Assembly (NCBI GenBank): GCA_907165135.1
Contig: OU015568.1
Location: 5,890,001 to 5,954,000, forward strand
DNA from: Oikopleura dioica
Taxonomy: Eukaryota > Animalia > Chordata
Length of the DNA: 64,000 nt
Reading direction: 5' to 3'
The notes under the pieces: model-generated
What the model was told of the DNA's origin: nothing
The model's database searches: none
The model's input: the letters and a program-made list of their open reading frames with translations, nothing else
Made by a program: the position numbers and the translations under genes
Shown: piece by piece, positions 9,695 through 21,341 of the stretch
Layout of the letters: the number at the start of each line of letters is the position of its first letter
Numbering within the stretch: position 1 is the first letter of the stretch

Positions 9695-11705
9695 TCAAAT
9701 TCTGCCTCGATATTTTTGCGTGGATGTTGGCGGCCTAGGCATCCCTTTTCGCGATGCGTTTATGTACCTGAAAAATTTAATCGGTTTTTTTTATTTGCCA
9801 TCGAAAAAATTACTTTAGGACTTCTTCGGTCGAGTAGCCAAAAAGCACAAAGTCCAAATAATAATGTCTGTAAATCTCAATAGCTGTCTCTCTCGGGACA
9901 TTTTGCCAGTGAAGTTCATCTGGTGGCCTTTCTGTAGTTTCTGTATCTCTTCGATTCTTGACTTTTTCGTGTGTTCTTTCATCCCAAGTGTATTGCCCAC
10001 CGATATGAACTTTTCCATCGAGACCGATTTCCTTCAGCAAGGATGGAATTTCCTCTTCGCTGTTTTCCAAATGCGTTATATAATTAAAATCCATTGCACA
10101 AGCAGAACAAAGGGAGAAAATAGACCTCCAGTGAATATTGTGCCCAGCTTGGCCTCGATTTGCCGCGATGAATTCGATAAACGATTCGAAAGATTGGCTC
10201 ATTCCTTCTGGGATGCTGCCGAAATAGGGTTGAAAAGGCTCAATCGCGCCGTAATATCTTTCAAAATGGTTCATCCATTTGGGTGTAGCTCGCATTTTGT
10301 CGTGGTATGCTGAGTAGACTCGGGCGAATGGGTTTCTTTGAGCGATTTCTTCCATGATGAGGCAAATTTGTCGAAAAATGGAGAAGAGATGAATTACCAT
10401 AAGACTTTTTGGCTAAAAAATTTTTCGAGGTATCACTATATTCTGAAAGCCCACATCAGAATAAGTGGATTCCCAAAGTTCTAGCGCCTAATGACGTAAT
10501 TATGAACTCATTTATGACGATTAAAGGTTCGAAAAAGGTCCCAAAAGATGAAACTTTTTAACCGTTTTTAAGAGGATTTTGTTTGAAATTCAATTTTTCT
10601 TTTTGAAATCTTGTTCAGTATGAAAAACTGAATAATCACCCAGCAAAATTTCATCGAACCGACCGTTTTTATTTTCGACCGGCAAAATAACCGGTCGGTT
10701 AACTACGATATCGGACGGTTTTATGTCGGATGAGTATTCAGTTTTTCATGCTGAACAATATCCCGAAAAGAAAAACTTGAATTTCAAACAATAACCCTCA
10801 AAAACGGTTAAAAAGTTTTGGCTATCTTGATGCTAAAAGCATCTCTTCTGACGTCATAATGACGTCATCGGGCGCTAGAACCTTGTGAATCCACTAATTC
10901 TGATATGCGCTTTCAGAATATAGTGATAACTCGGAGAAATTTTTTTGGCCAAAAATTCTTATGGTAATTCATCAAGAGAAAATGAAGGGATTTTTAAAAC
11001 CGTTTCCTTGTATTTGCGACTCGATTTGACGCTGTTAGAACCTCTCCAAGATTTCTATTTTCTTTGGTATATTGATGAAGTATTGGGGCGATTGCTCTTG
11101 GCATAATGTTATAGATGCTACCATAGGTATTCCAAGCTTGATGATTTTCGAGCTTTTCCGAGTACTCTTCTGCTGCTTCTGATCCGTTTGTCACTTTTAA
11201 ATAATGAACATTAAGGCCCTTCTGCCAATTTGTTGTTCCGCTTTTTGGTGGTAGGCAAATCATGAGATCCATCGATTCTGTCAAGTTGAACACGTGTGAT
11301 TTTGTGATGTTATTTGCGATGCAGCTATCGGTAAATTTGGGAAGAGGAGCCTTTAGGTTATGGATTTGTTCATGAAGTCGAAGAAGTTTTTAGCCCAGGA
11401 AATTGTTCGGATTTGAGAGTTTGCTGGATCAGAGGAAGAGCTTTTACGAGCTCGAGAGGCTGATTTTGAGACAAAATTGAAAAAAAAAAAATTAATCAAA
11501 AGTTTCTGGAGCCCTTTTCAGAACATGCTCGGTCGTAAATCAGCTTTCTTCTTAGAAAAACTTCTCTTGTTCGTATTTCTTGAATTTCTTCTTTCAAAAC
11601 TCTCTCAGTATCGATTCCTGCGTATTCTTTCACGCTCGAAAAATCGCCAAAATAAATCATGTAGAATAAAATTGCAAGGGGAAAAATTATAAATGCTTTT
11701 TCCAT
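9695..11705 (-). CDS. Carbohydrate sulfotransferase (Sulfotransfer_2 / CHST-HNK1ST family)
   Basis: Type II anchor MEKAFIIFPLAILFYMIYF. 5'-PSB motif CLPPKSGTTNWQK, 3'-PB motif RNPFARVYSAYHDK, and C-terminal YYLDFVLFGY. Last exon YINASRKGMPRPPTSTQKYRGRI*. Confidence 0.9.
10388..10973. mobile_element. Foldback element (long inverted arms) in the sulfotransferase intron
   Basis: GATGAATTACCATAAG and CTTATGGTAATTCATC at the ends. The arms stay complementary over more than 200 bp (for example GTATCACTATATTCTGAAAGC vs GCTTTCAGAATATAGTGATA). Confidence 0.8.
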
Positions 11706-11874
11706 TGTTTTTGACCAAAAATCTGGGTGACCAAATTTTGAAAGCCTCGTTGCGCGCCACCCATGTTATGCAGTACTCTAGAATTGCTGTGCCCGTGGGC
11801 GGCGCAGCGCGAGTCGAAAAACTCGTTCACGTAAAAAGCACGCTGGGTAAGGCCAAGTTCTCCAGTCAGAGAGA

Positions 11875-14032
11875 ATGTTAACCCTTCCTTTTCTTCTTCT
11901 GGTTTTACTAGAATCATGCGTATCAGCAGATGAGAGACCAAACATAATTTTTGTGCTTACTGACGACTTGGGATGGTCAGATGTCACTTGGAATAATAGA
12001 GCCGTTGATTCAACTCCGTTTATGGCGAGTTTGATCGAAACGGGCAAAGCGAGCAAATTGAGAAACTCTTATTCGACTCACAGGAAGGGGAAGAATAATG
12101 AAATTGATCGTTGAGAGAAATGAAAAAAAACCCTCGAAAGATGCACTCCTTCGCGCGCTCAGCTGCTCACTGGTAGGTATGCTTTCCGATACGGCCTCGG
12201 AACGGACCCTCTTTCTTCCGAAGTTCCAGCTGGACTCAGCCTCGAGGAAAAGCTCCTGCCACAATACCTCAAGGAGCTCGAATACAGCACTCACGCAGTG
12301 GGGAAATGGCACCTTGGATACTGCAATGACTCATTTCTCCCGCAAAACCGAGGATTTGACACTTTTCTAGGGTAGGTATTACTAATTGCTCTCCTGATTT
12401 TAGTCTCAATTGAAGGCATTACGGGGGTGCAGTCGACTATCATAGCCATGTTGCTTCTGGCGATTTTAAAAACTATCTCAACCATTTTCTTGACGGAAAA
12501 CCGCACATTCCTGAGAGTGGCTTCGAGTTCGCCTCGTATACTTGGAGCAACAGAACGATCAAAATTTTGAGAGAAAATGCAGATGAGCCAAATTTCGTGT
12601 ACCTCGCTTTCAATGCTCCGCATGAAAAAGTCGATGCTCCACAAATTCTGAAGGTGAGAAATTTCTATTATCTTAGAAAAAAACCTTTTGATCGATTTTC
12701 AGGATGAAATGGACGCTCTTTATCCTGATTTACCAAGTACCCGACGAATGCAACTCGCCGCTGTTAAATCAATTGACATCGCCATGGAAAGTGTCATCAA
12801 AGAAGCATCAAAACTCGACCGAGAAACCATCGTCATTTTTCATAGTGACAACGGCGGCGCTCTCCAGGCCTATGGCAGTCTTGAAAAAGGTCCACGAGGA
12901 TGCAGCTTTCCCTTCAAAGGATATAAAAGCACCCTGGCGGAAGGAGGAACTCTGAGTCCGAGTTGGATCTATTCAACTAAAAGGCAATTTCATTCGAGAA
13001 ATATCGACGGAATCATTAGCATCATGGACTTTTTTCCGACGATTCTTCATTGGGCAGGAAAGCGCTCTAAAATGATTTCTTTATAAATAAATTTACAACT
13101 TACTGCTCTGAAAGCTCTCGAAAGGTTACAATAAACCGCTGCCGAGAAATCTCGACGGAATCGACCAACACGCGCTTTTCGAGAACTCGACTGTTTCTCA
13201 AATCAGAGATAAATTTATTTACGCGATTTTGCACGAATGGGACGATGATTCTCTTGCCTGGAAAACAACTTACGCCGTGCGTTTTGGAGATTTCAAGTTT
13301 ATGAACTATCGATCAAAGCTCATCGGAAATACTCAATGTCCCGAAGGATGGTCAAACCACGAGCACACGAAGTTTCTTTTCCCGGATCCGAGTCAAAGAC
13401 AAACGAAAATGAGAAAAGTTTGGGACTTGTCTGATCCTCAGCCGAACAAAGAAGTTGGCGAGATGATTCGAAGTTCTGGATTTTCACTCTATAATCTGAA
13501 AAACGACCCCTTTGAGCTCAACAATTTGGCGTTGAAGAATGAAGCTTCAAGAAAATACAAGGATTTGATCAACGAAATTCAATCATATGTAGCGGAGGAA
13601 ATGCAGAAGGGAATCGAGTATCCGCTCACGGGAAAACTGAAAGGAGGCAAATTACTCGCTAAAATTATGAGAAAAATCCCATTTGAAGAGAAAATGCAGC
13701 ACTACTACGACACTGGACGAATTTATCCTTTTGATAGGTATTGAGATTTTTAGTGTTCAATCCTGTTTCACGCAAGATTCTAGTGTTGTTCGAAACAAAA
13801 CAGGTTTGGACGGATATCTGGGAAGTAACTGGTGTCCAAACAAGCTCGACGAAGCTTTATTCAGCAAAATGTACTTTGAAGCCGTCGAAAATAACCAAAA
13901 GGTGAGCAATTATAAAAAAAACGGATAGACGAAACATTTTTTTTTAAGAAAAACGCCTTTTTGATCAATAAATATCTCTGGGATGGCCTTGGTCCAGATC
14001 GAAGCGGAAACTTGGACGAAGAAGATTTCTGA
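11875..14032 (+). CDS. Secreted or lysosomal arylsulfatase, copy A (appears intact)
   Basis: Signal peptide, PNIIFVLTDDLGW, CTPSRAQLLTGRY (formylglycine motif), GKWHLG, AFNAPH, IFHSDNGG. All introns can be removed in frame; two of them are GA-AG. Confidence 0.92.
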
Positions 14033-14350
14033 TTAAAAGAAATGAAATGATAATTTTAATGAAAATAAAGACATTAAACAAAAAGTTATTCTTTGAAAGT
14101 CGCAGAAATAGCCTTGGCCCCCTTAATCATGAGAACGAAAACAAGGTGCCAGATAGGGGTCAGCATAAATCTTGAAAGGGAGCAGCTTTACTGTCAGCGC
14201 CGCAAACTTGGCTGCAAGTCATTAACGCTCGTCAAGTCGCTCATAACTCGCCTCGAAAAACAATAATCAAGGACCGCTGATCACGTGTGAAATTTTATTT
14301 CTGCGGGGCGAATTTTGCAGAGACTGAGAAAAAAGAAGAAGACGGGGAAT

Positions 14351-17300
14351 ATGAACAGCGCTTTAATCCGGAAGAGAAACAATCAGGCCAAAGCGACCAG
14401 CAAAAAGCTGAGAGATAAATGGTAAGGAAAAAATCTGCCTAAATTTTTGTTGATTTGTGATTGATAAAAAAAGACTTGTATTTTGTTTTTTATATACATG
14501 TACATAACGATTGCTAGAGCTCGGCGAAGGGGAGGTGTCTGGAACCGAGAAAAAATTTCGACAGATTTTGCGTGGAAATTTTCAACCAATCAGAAGCCTC
14601 GATTCGGCAAACCGAGTAGCCGCCAACCAAAAATTTGTCGAAAATTTTTGTCAATTCCAAACACCTAGGCAACCTGTGTCAAAACCTGAGTCAGGTTTTG
14701 AAAGATCGCCTTATAATAAGAAATCTTTCAGAACCTGACTCAGGTTTTCTACACAGGTTTCCGAGGCCACTTCAATTCTTCGACCCTTAGATGAAAGAAC
14801 AGTTTTTCTTCAAACAAGCAATTTTTGATACAGTAACAGTCTGGCAATTCGGGATTGAAATGCTGAATGTCGGGGTTTGACATTCACAAACGAGCGGATG
14901 AGTTCTTTCACCGACTGTCGCGGCCAGTTTGATCGATCATTCGCGACAGAAATTAACCTTTTACCGGAATCGCCGCTCATTTTAAATTTTTCTTTTTCAG
15001 GAAAAAGGCCGAAAAGCGAGAAATCAACCTTGGCCAGCTTCTTCTCTGCGCGCATTGTAATCCAAGGTAAGCGAAAAAAGCTGGGTAGAAAATCTGTGTC
15101 AGGGTCTGAAAAGCGGAGCGCCTGTATTGAAAACCTGAGTCAGGGTTAAAATTTAAAACAAAATGATTTATTAGGTTATTCTTGCGTAGCCGCTCTGCGG
15201 CTTTGTTTTTTAAAAAGCGGCTTTTAATTAATGATCTCTAAAACCCTGACTCAGGTTTTCAATACGAGTTTGCGAGTTCAGAAAAAGAGTCGTTTTTTAA
15301 CTTTTCGAAAACGAAAGTGGATAGCGGTTATCATGGCTGGAATAAAAATGATTTACGTTCTCAAGCATTTACGGTCATAATTCTTGTTTATGAACATCCA
15401 AGGAAATAATTAGCGTCGAACGAAAAGGGTAGATGTGATGGTCATTTTTAAGAGAAAAAAAGGATAAAATGACTATTTGGACTTTTGGAAACAGTTTTAA
15501 CAATAGAGTTAATCGACGACTTAAAGGGTGAATACCTTGTTTCTGTAAAATAAGGGGGTAACTACGCGATTCTCATTCCTGACTAACGGACTCCCCAGTC
15601 AGTCAAATCGGTTGGACACTTTACAATGCAAAATTTGTCCAAACGAATTGAATTGGTTCCGTGGGAACCCCGTCAAAGTCACTCCGCCCCCAATTCTTTG
15701 ACCGGAGGTTGAATATATGATTACTCTTACCAATTCAGTTTTTTTTTTGACCACGTGATCACTTGGAGGACCCCTGGAGGACCCCACCTACTGGAAGACC
15801 TCTTTGCTGGAAGACCAATAATAACAGGGACAGACTCTCACATATTGAATTTTTGTGGTCATATTTCTACCACGTGATCGTGGAGGACCCTTTTTTTCTG
15901 GAGGACTCCTCTTCTGGAAGATTTTTTGTTGGAAGATCAAGTCTCAGCCCCGTCCCTGGCTTTTAAATTGAAATGGGCTTTAACTGTTTACGGGCTAGTT
16001 TTTCTTTTTTTTAACAAATTTAGTTCTAGAGAATATTCTAGAGATTAGATTCTAGAGAACTTAAAAAAGAAAATTTTGAACAAAAATTCCCTCTTTTTTA
16101 CCGTTTTTCGACTCAAAAGTCCATTCTCCGCCATTTTCGGTCCAAGATTCTTTCAGCAATTGACTAATTAAGTGCGAACAATCAACTTTGATTGAGCCTT
16201 TAGCTCGAAAATTATGAGCAGGTGAAAGTTAGAGCCCTGTTAGATCAGGTTTCTACTGTGTTTTTTTTTCAAGCGAGAAGAAATTTGATTTTTTAGAGAA
16301 TAAGGTGCTCTTTTTCATAACAGTAAGTTCGCCGATTCGACAAGGGCTTTTTATTTTAATGATAATTAATAATCGGCTCATTAGCATTAGCATTACTGGC
16401 GCTTGTTCAGAAAGAACCATTAGATGGTGACAAATTCGCAAAAGAAGTTAATTAACTTCCTCGTTTATCTTTATTATGCAGAAGAAACGGATCACGGCGG
16501 GCCAGGCCGATCTCCAGACCTTCCAGCTTTTTCGAAAAAGAGCTTCCTTCTTTGCAGAAATAAAGCGTTTTTAAGGAACATGCTTAGTTCTGTTGCTGGG
16601 CGAGCGCATGGATCGAGAGCGAGACCTTCAAAAGCCAGGTAAGAAAGAAAACTGTGTAGAAAACCTGAGTCAGGATTTGCCAGCGCGGCTTTTATTAAAA
16701 ATCATTCTGAACCCTGACTCAGGATTTTTACACAGGTCAAATCGGATGAAATTTTTTATTACGAAATTTTTGCAATCAAAAATTTTTTTTTGAAATCAAG
16801 GAAGAGTACAAAAATCATAAATTCCCGATCAAAGCAAAAAAATTAAACCAAGATGGATGACAGGATTATTCGAAAGATTATGTTTTTACGATGCTAAAAC
16901 TATGAACCTGAGAAAATGAGGCACGGAAAAAATCCGATTTATTAGAAATTTTTTAATTTTAATTTGAATGTTCGTCAGAGGAAGAAGGCATTCGAGTTTT
17001 AGCTTGGGCAGTTTGGGCGACTCGGGCAGATTTTTACAAAAGTAAGTTTTTTCTTTTTTATGAAATACAAGAGGAGCTATTAATCTAAACGGGCGGATTT
17101 AGTGGATAAGCATTAGAGTCTTGGCTCGAAAACCTGTGTAGAAAACATGAGTCAGGTTTTGAAAACCTAAAATAGAAAGCTACGCGGCCTTTTATTATAT
17201 GGATATAGTCATCGATTTTGGTCAGGTCTCCAATTTTGGCCAAATCGACGACTATACCCTTAAGTCTTCAAAGCCTGACTCAAGTTTTCTACGCAGGTTT

Positions 17301-20075
17301 CCGAGCCGAGGGTACTTCAAGTAGTATCCAAGATAGAACATTTTCTAGCTCCCGGGAATAGCCCAATAAATAATTAGCCATGCGAGAGTTTCTTTAGAAA
17401 TACGTTGTAGTGCGAACAAGTGAACCCTTGGAGCAAAGCATGTGTGTTTTGGAGCAGAAATAGAAGTAGTTTCTCGAGCTGCTTTGAGCGGATCAGGCGC
17501 GCTTATCTTGAAATATTCACTCAGACAAATTCTCCATTTTTTCTTAATCTCTTTGTCCCGAGACACAAGTGCATTTAAAAATATGCTGCAAGCCGGGTTT
17601 TCGAAACTGGTTACTGCTAAACAGAGAAGCGAGATTTGAGAAAAAAATTATGCTAATGCTTTCTCGAAGAACTTCGCTCCAGCCTTTTAACGGGTTCAAT
17701 AAAGCCAGAAGGTGAGAAGTTTTAATGATTTTTACAAAAATTTAAGGGGGGTCTGTTGAATAAGGGGGGGGGGGCTTTTTTGGCCCTTTTTGAAGCCTGC
17801 TTTTATTGGCGAAATATTGCATTTGTAAGAGCTTCTTCAACTTGTTGAGGAAATCTTTTTGCGGCGTCGGAAACCTCAGAAACCATGAAAATAAATTCGC
17901 GCCTTAAAGACACTTCACACAGTTTCAGAGTCCCATTTAGGAGAGATGAAAAGAAATAGGAAAGGCTTCACATTCTCAAAATTTATCAATTGTAAAATAA
18001 GCGGCGTTCGTTTTTATGGTTTCTCAGGAAAAGGACCGGCTCGGCAACCTGTACAAAAAACCTGAATCAGGGTCTGAAAAAGCTTAGCGGCTTCTCGTAA
18101 AGATGTTTCAGACCCTGACTCAGGTTTACCACACAGGCTGCCAAGCCAAGCCCCTTTACGTTTTTTGTTTCAAACTAACTTGATACCAATGTATGTATAC
18201 CAACTTATCGGTGTCTATCCATTTTAAATACCCTCCGAATTCTGCATCCCTTTAGCCTTAGCTACAGTAAATTATAGATGAAGACTGAGTCTGTTTGCCA
18301 CGTTCTCCGCCACTTTGCCTAAATGCCGGTTACAGTTCGTTGCCTCCTTCTTAATAATTCTAGAGACAGCTGTAGCCACCAAATCGCTTCCTCCTATCCC
18401 TCAATATTTCCTTTAAAAATCATTATTAAAGAAGAAGCTCCTCCACTTGAGCTGCCAAAACAGACTTTTTTTGAATATTGACAATTCCCTTTTTTTTGTC
18501 CTTCTGAGAGAAGCTCAAAATAAAAGAGACTTTTTTATTATGCTGGGGCGGCGGTTGCAAGTGCCAAAAGCACGCGTCCATTGGAAAAAGGCTGCGCAGA
18601 AAATGAGCTTGTAAGTCGAGCTGGAAATTTTAACACTTGTCTCATTGGGAAGACGATGCGCTTTATCACTTTTTGAGTGATAAGGGCATTTTAAGACATT
18701 GGCTTATGTAATCACTATGTGTTTTTTTTTCTTAAATAATTTTATAATTTGCGGCATATTATATTATATAATATTTACCTAAGTTTTTAAGGAGCTTAAA
18801 TATAAAGCCGCCTAGCGGCTTTTTTTTTTAAAAAGCCGCAATATGACCAATTCAATCATTTTTTTTAAATAATTGCGAAGCCGCTTTGCGGCTTCGATTC
18901 TTTCAAAAGCCGCTGCGCGGCTTTTCATTTGAGCTCTTTAAAACCTGACTCAGGTTTTTGCACAGGTTTTTTATATCAAATTTAGAGCCTCAAAGTTCTT
19001 TGTTTGTGAAAAATGAAAATGAGATAATTCTGCGATTTTGAAAATGCCCCGGATTTTGAGCAATAAAAAAGTAGTACTAGCAGAAGAAGGGCGCGCTTGT
19101 ATTGTGAGTGCCGCGAAGATAAAAGTTGTTGAAAGTGTTTCAGCTCGGTGACATACGCGTTAGGCTCCGAGCTTATGGCTCTTTTTAAACGCTCAATAAG
19201 AGCAAAATGGGAAACCATGCTTCGAGAGGAGGCAGACCGTCGAGAATAATTCTGGGATACGAGAACAGAAACTGCCTCGGCGAGAATTACTGGTAAGCGG
19301 AAAGGAGCTCTTAGTGGCTTTTTAAGAGTGCCAAAGGGGAGAAGATAATAAATTAAGCCAGAAAGAGGGGCGAAAAAGAAAAAGGGATAGGTGGGCTAAC
19401 GACAGAAACGAAACGGCTTAAAAGTGACAGGGAAGCAAGGCTAGAGCTGTCAAACTGAAATTTTGCCGAGTCACGTGAGCACCGAAACTTATTCGGAGGC
19501 CGATCACTGTTTTCAATTACAAACTTTATAATGGGGGTTATTTTTAATAATTAAAATATTTTATTTCAACATTATACTGAACATTTTTTATTATAATTTA
19601 TTTATATAAAAAATTGATAAATATTAAATATTCCAATTTAAATAAATAATTTTAAGTAAATCAAAATAGATTTAAATTATAACAATTAATAACAAAGCCG
19701 ATTTAAAATTTTGTTAATCTCTTAGTTAAATCTTTGAATAGAAAATCCGATAAATTTGCATTTTGAAAAGCATTTATCGAATCTGACAGTTGGTTAATTT
19801 TGCTGCTTTGGTAGGTTCTTTTGTTGAGTTTATTTATGGTCTATAAATCTTGGGCTTGTCGAAGGAGCTGCCAAACTCGTCAAGCGATCTTTCTCGCAAG
19901 GACTTCAAGTTGAACCCTTTCTTCCTTTTTCATCCCTTTTCGTTTTTTTTCAACCCTTTTTCAACAGAGATTTTCGGGATCCCAAATGCACCACGTCTCG
20001 ATAAGACGGCTAGATTCTGGAGCCAGTTTCAAGAGACATTCGAAGCCGACCAGAAGGACTACTAAAGAAGGGTAA
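14351..20075 (+). CDS. Possible lineage-specific multi-exon gene of unknown function
   Basis: Scattered short exon-like blocks end in GTAAG/GTGAG donors. The first two (14351-14421, 15001-15067) splice in frame: MNSALIRKRNNQAKATSKKLRDKWKKAEKREINLGQLLLCAHCNP. Later exons could not be joined and no family motif was recognised. Confidence 0.3.
15750..15940. repeat. Two diverged direct repeats, each with CACGTG plus paired TGGAGGAC and TGGAAGA motifs
   Basis: Units at 15750-15818 and 15869-15940 share ACCACGTGATC-TGGAGGACCC-TGGAGGAC-CTGGAAGA-TGGAAGA. Confidence 0.6.
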
Positions 20076-21341
20076 CAGTAACTGACTGTAAATTTCAACA
20101 GCGGGCAAATAGAAAAACTTGTAAATACTGAAAAGTCAGAATGGAGAGAATCAGTCTTGGAGGCTTGCCAATTTTTTGATGGGAGATCCGCACTTTTATG
20201 CAGAAGGCAAATGTTGATTTTTGTTGCTTTTTCTGTATTTTCCTACGATTATTCGCTCAAATTATTTGATTTTTATTTGACTTTTTTGAACTATTCATTT
20301 TTTCTCAATAAAAGGGGCTACAAACTTTAACAGACAGATAACGATCTGGGCTAGGGGACCTGTGTGGAAAACCTGAGTCAGGGTCTGAAAGTTTGACGGC
20401 TTTTCATCAAAGATCTTTCAAACCCTGACTCAGGTTTTCCTCACAGGTTATCGAGCTAGTAGGAGTAAAAAAAATAATTTTCCAAGCAAATAAATCACGC
20501 GCAGTCGAATAATATTTTTCGTGACAATTAAAATGTTCTCACTAAAAATGATTTCTGCTCCGAATTCCGCTCGATCATCAATAATTTTCACTAATTGCCC
20601 GCTTTTTTATGTTCACAAGTATCCGAAGCGAGATCCGAACGTAAAAGCTGACGGCAATAAAGCGAGTGCTTAGTAAAACTGGAAATACTTTTGACTTTTG
20701 CGCTTCTTGACATTTTCGACAAAGAATGAGTCCTTTTCAGAAGCAAGAGACTTCCTCTTTTTCTCGCTGAAAAATGCTGCTCCAATTCAAGAGCCAAGTT
20801 AGAAGGAGTAGCATCCAGAGATGGGATCGGCAACCTGTGTAGAAATCCTGAGTCAGGCTTTGCATTGAAGCTTTTCAGAAAACCTGACTCAGGCGTTCTA
20901 CACAGGTTGCTGAGCCTAGACACAGAGATTCCAGTAAGTCAAGAAAAAATGAACAACTGTCGTATTAGGAGACAATCTGGAGGGCAGCTTCTTTTTGAAT
21001 AAATTTCAGCGGGCAAATAGACGGCCTCAAGCATCTGATCTTTTGTCAGAATACTCGCACATTACAGTTGTGAGGAAGTTGGTTTTTTCCTATCAGGGAT
21101 CATGGAAGAAAATAGCGTAAAAGAGGAAATACAGGACTTGTAAGATTTCGTTTTTGAAGTATTTCTTAATTTTAACCCGAAATGATTCATTGACCAAAAT
21201 TTTGGAAAAGGGAAAAATGTGCCTTGAAGAAAGAATGATTCAATTTTAAATTTATCAATAAACAAAAATAGCAAAAACCCTTGAGGCTAAAACGCTTAAT
21301 CCAGAATTAAAAAAGGTACTTTCGTCAATTTCCCCCCGAAA

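Noticed and set aside
11687-11941. Minus-strand 84-aa ORF bridging the sulfatase start and the sulfotransferase start
   Set aside because: It overlaps the sulfatase signal-peptide exon in antisense and the short shared promoter, and has no motif. The sulfotransferase has its own ATG and anchor at 11705.
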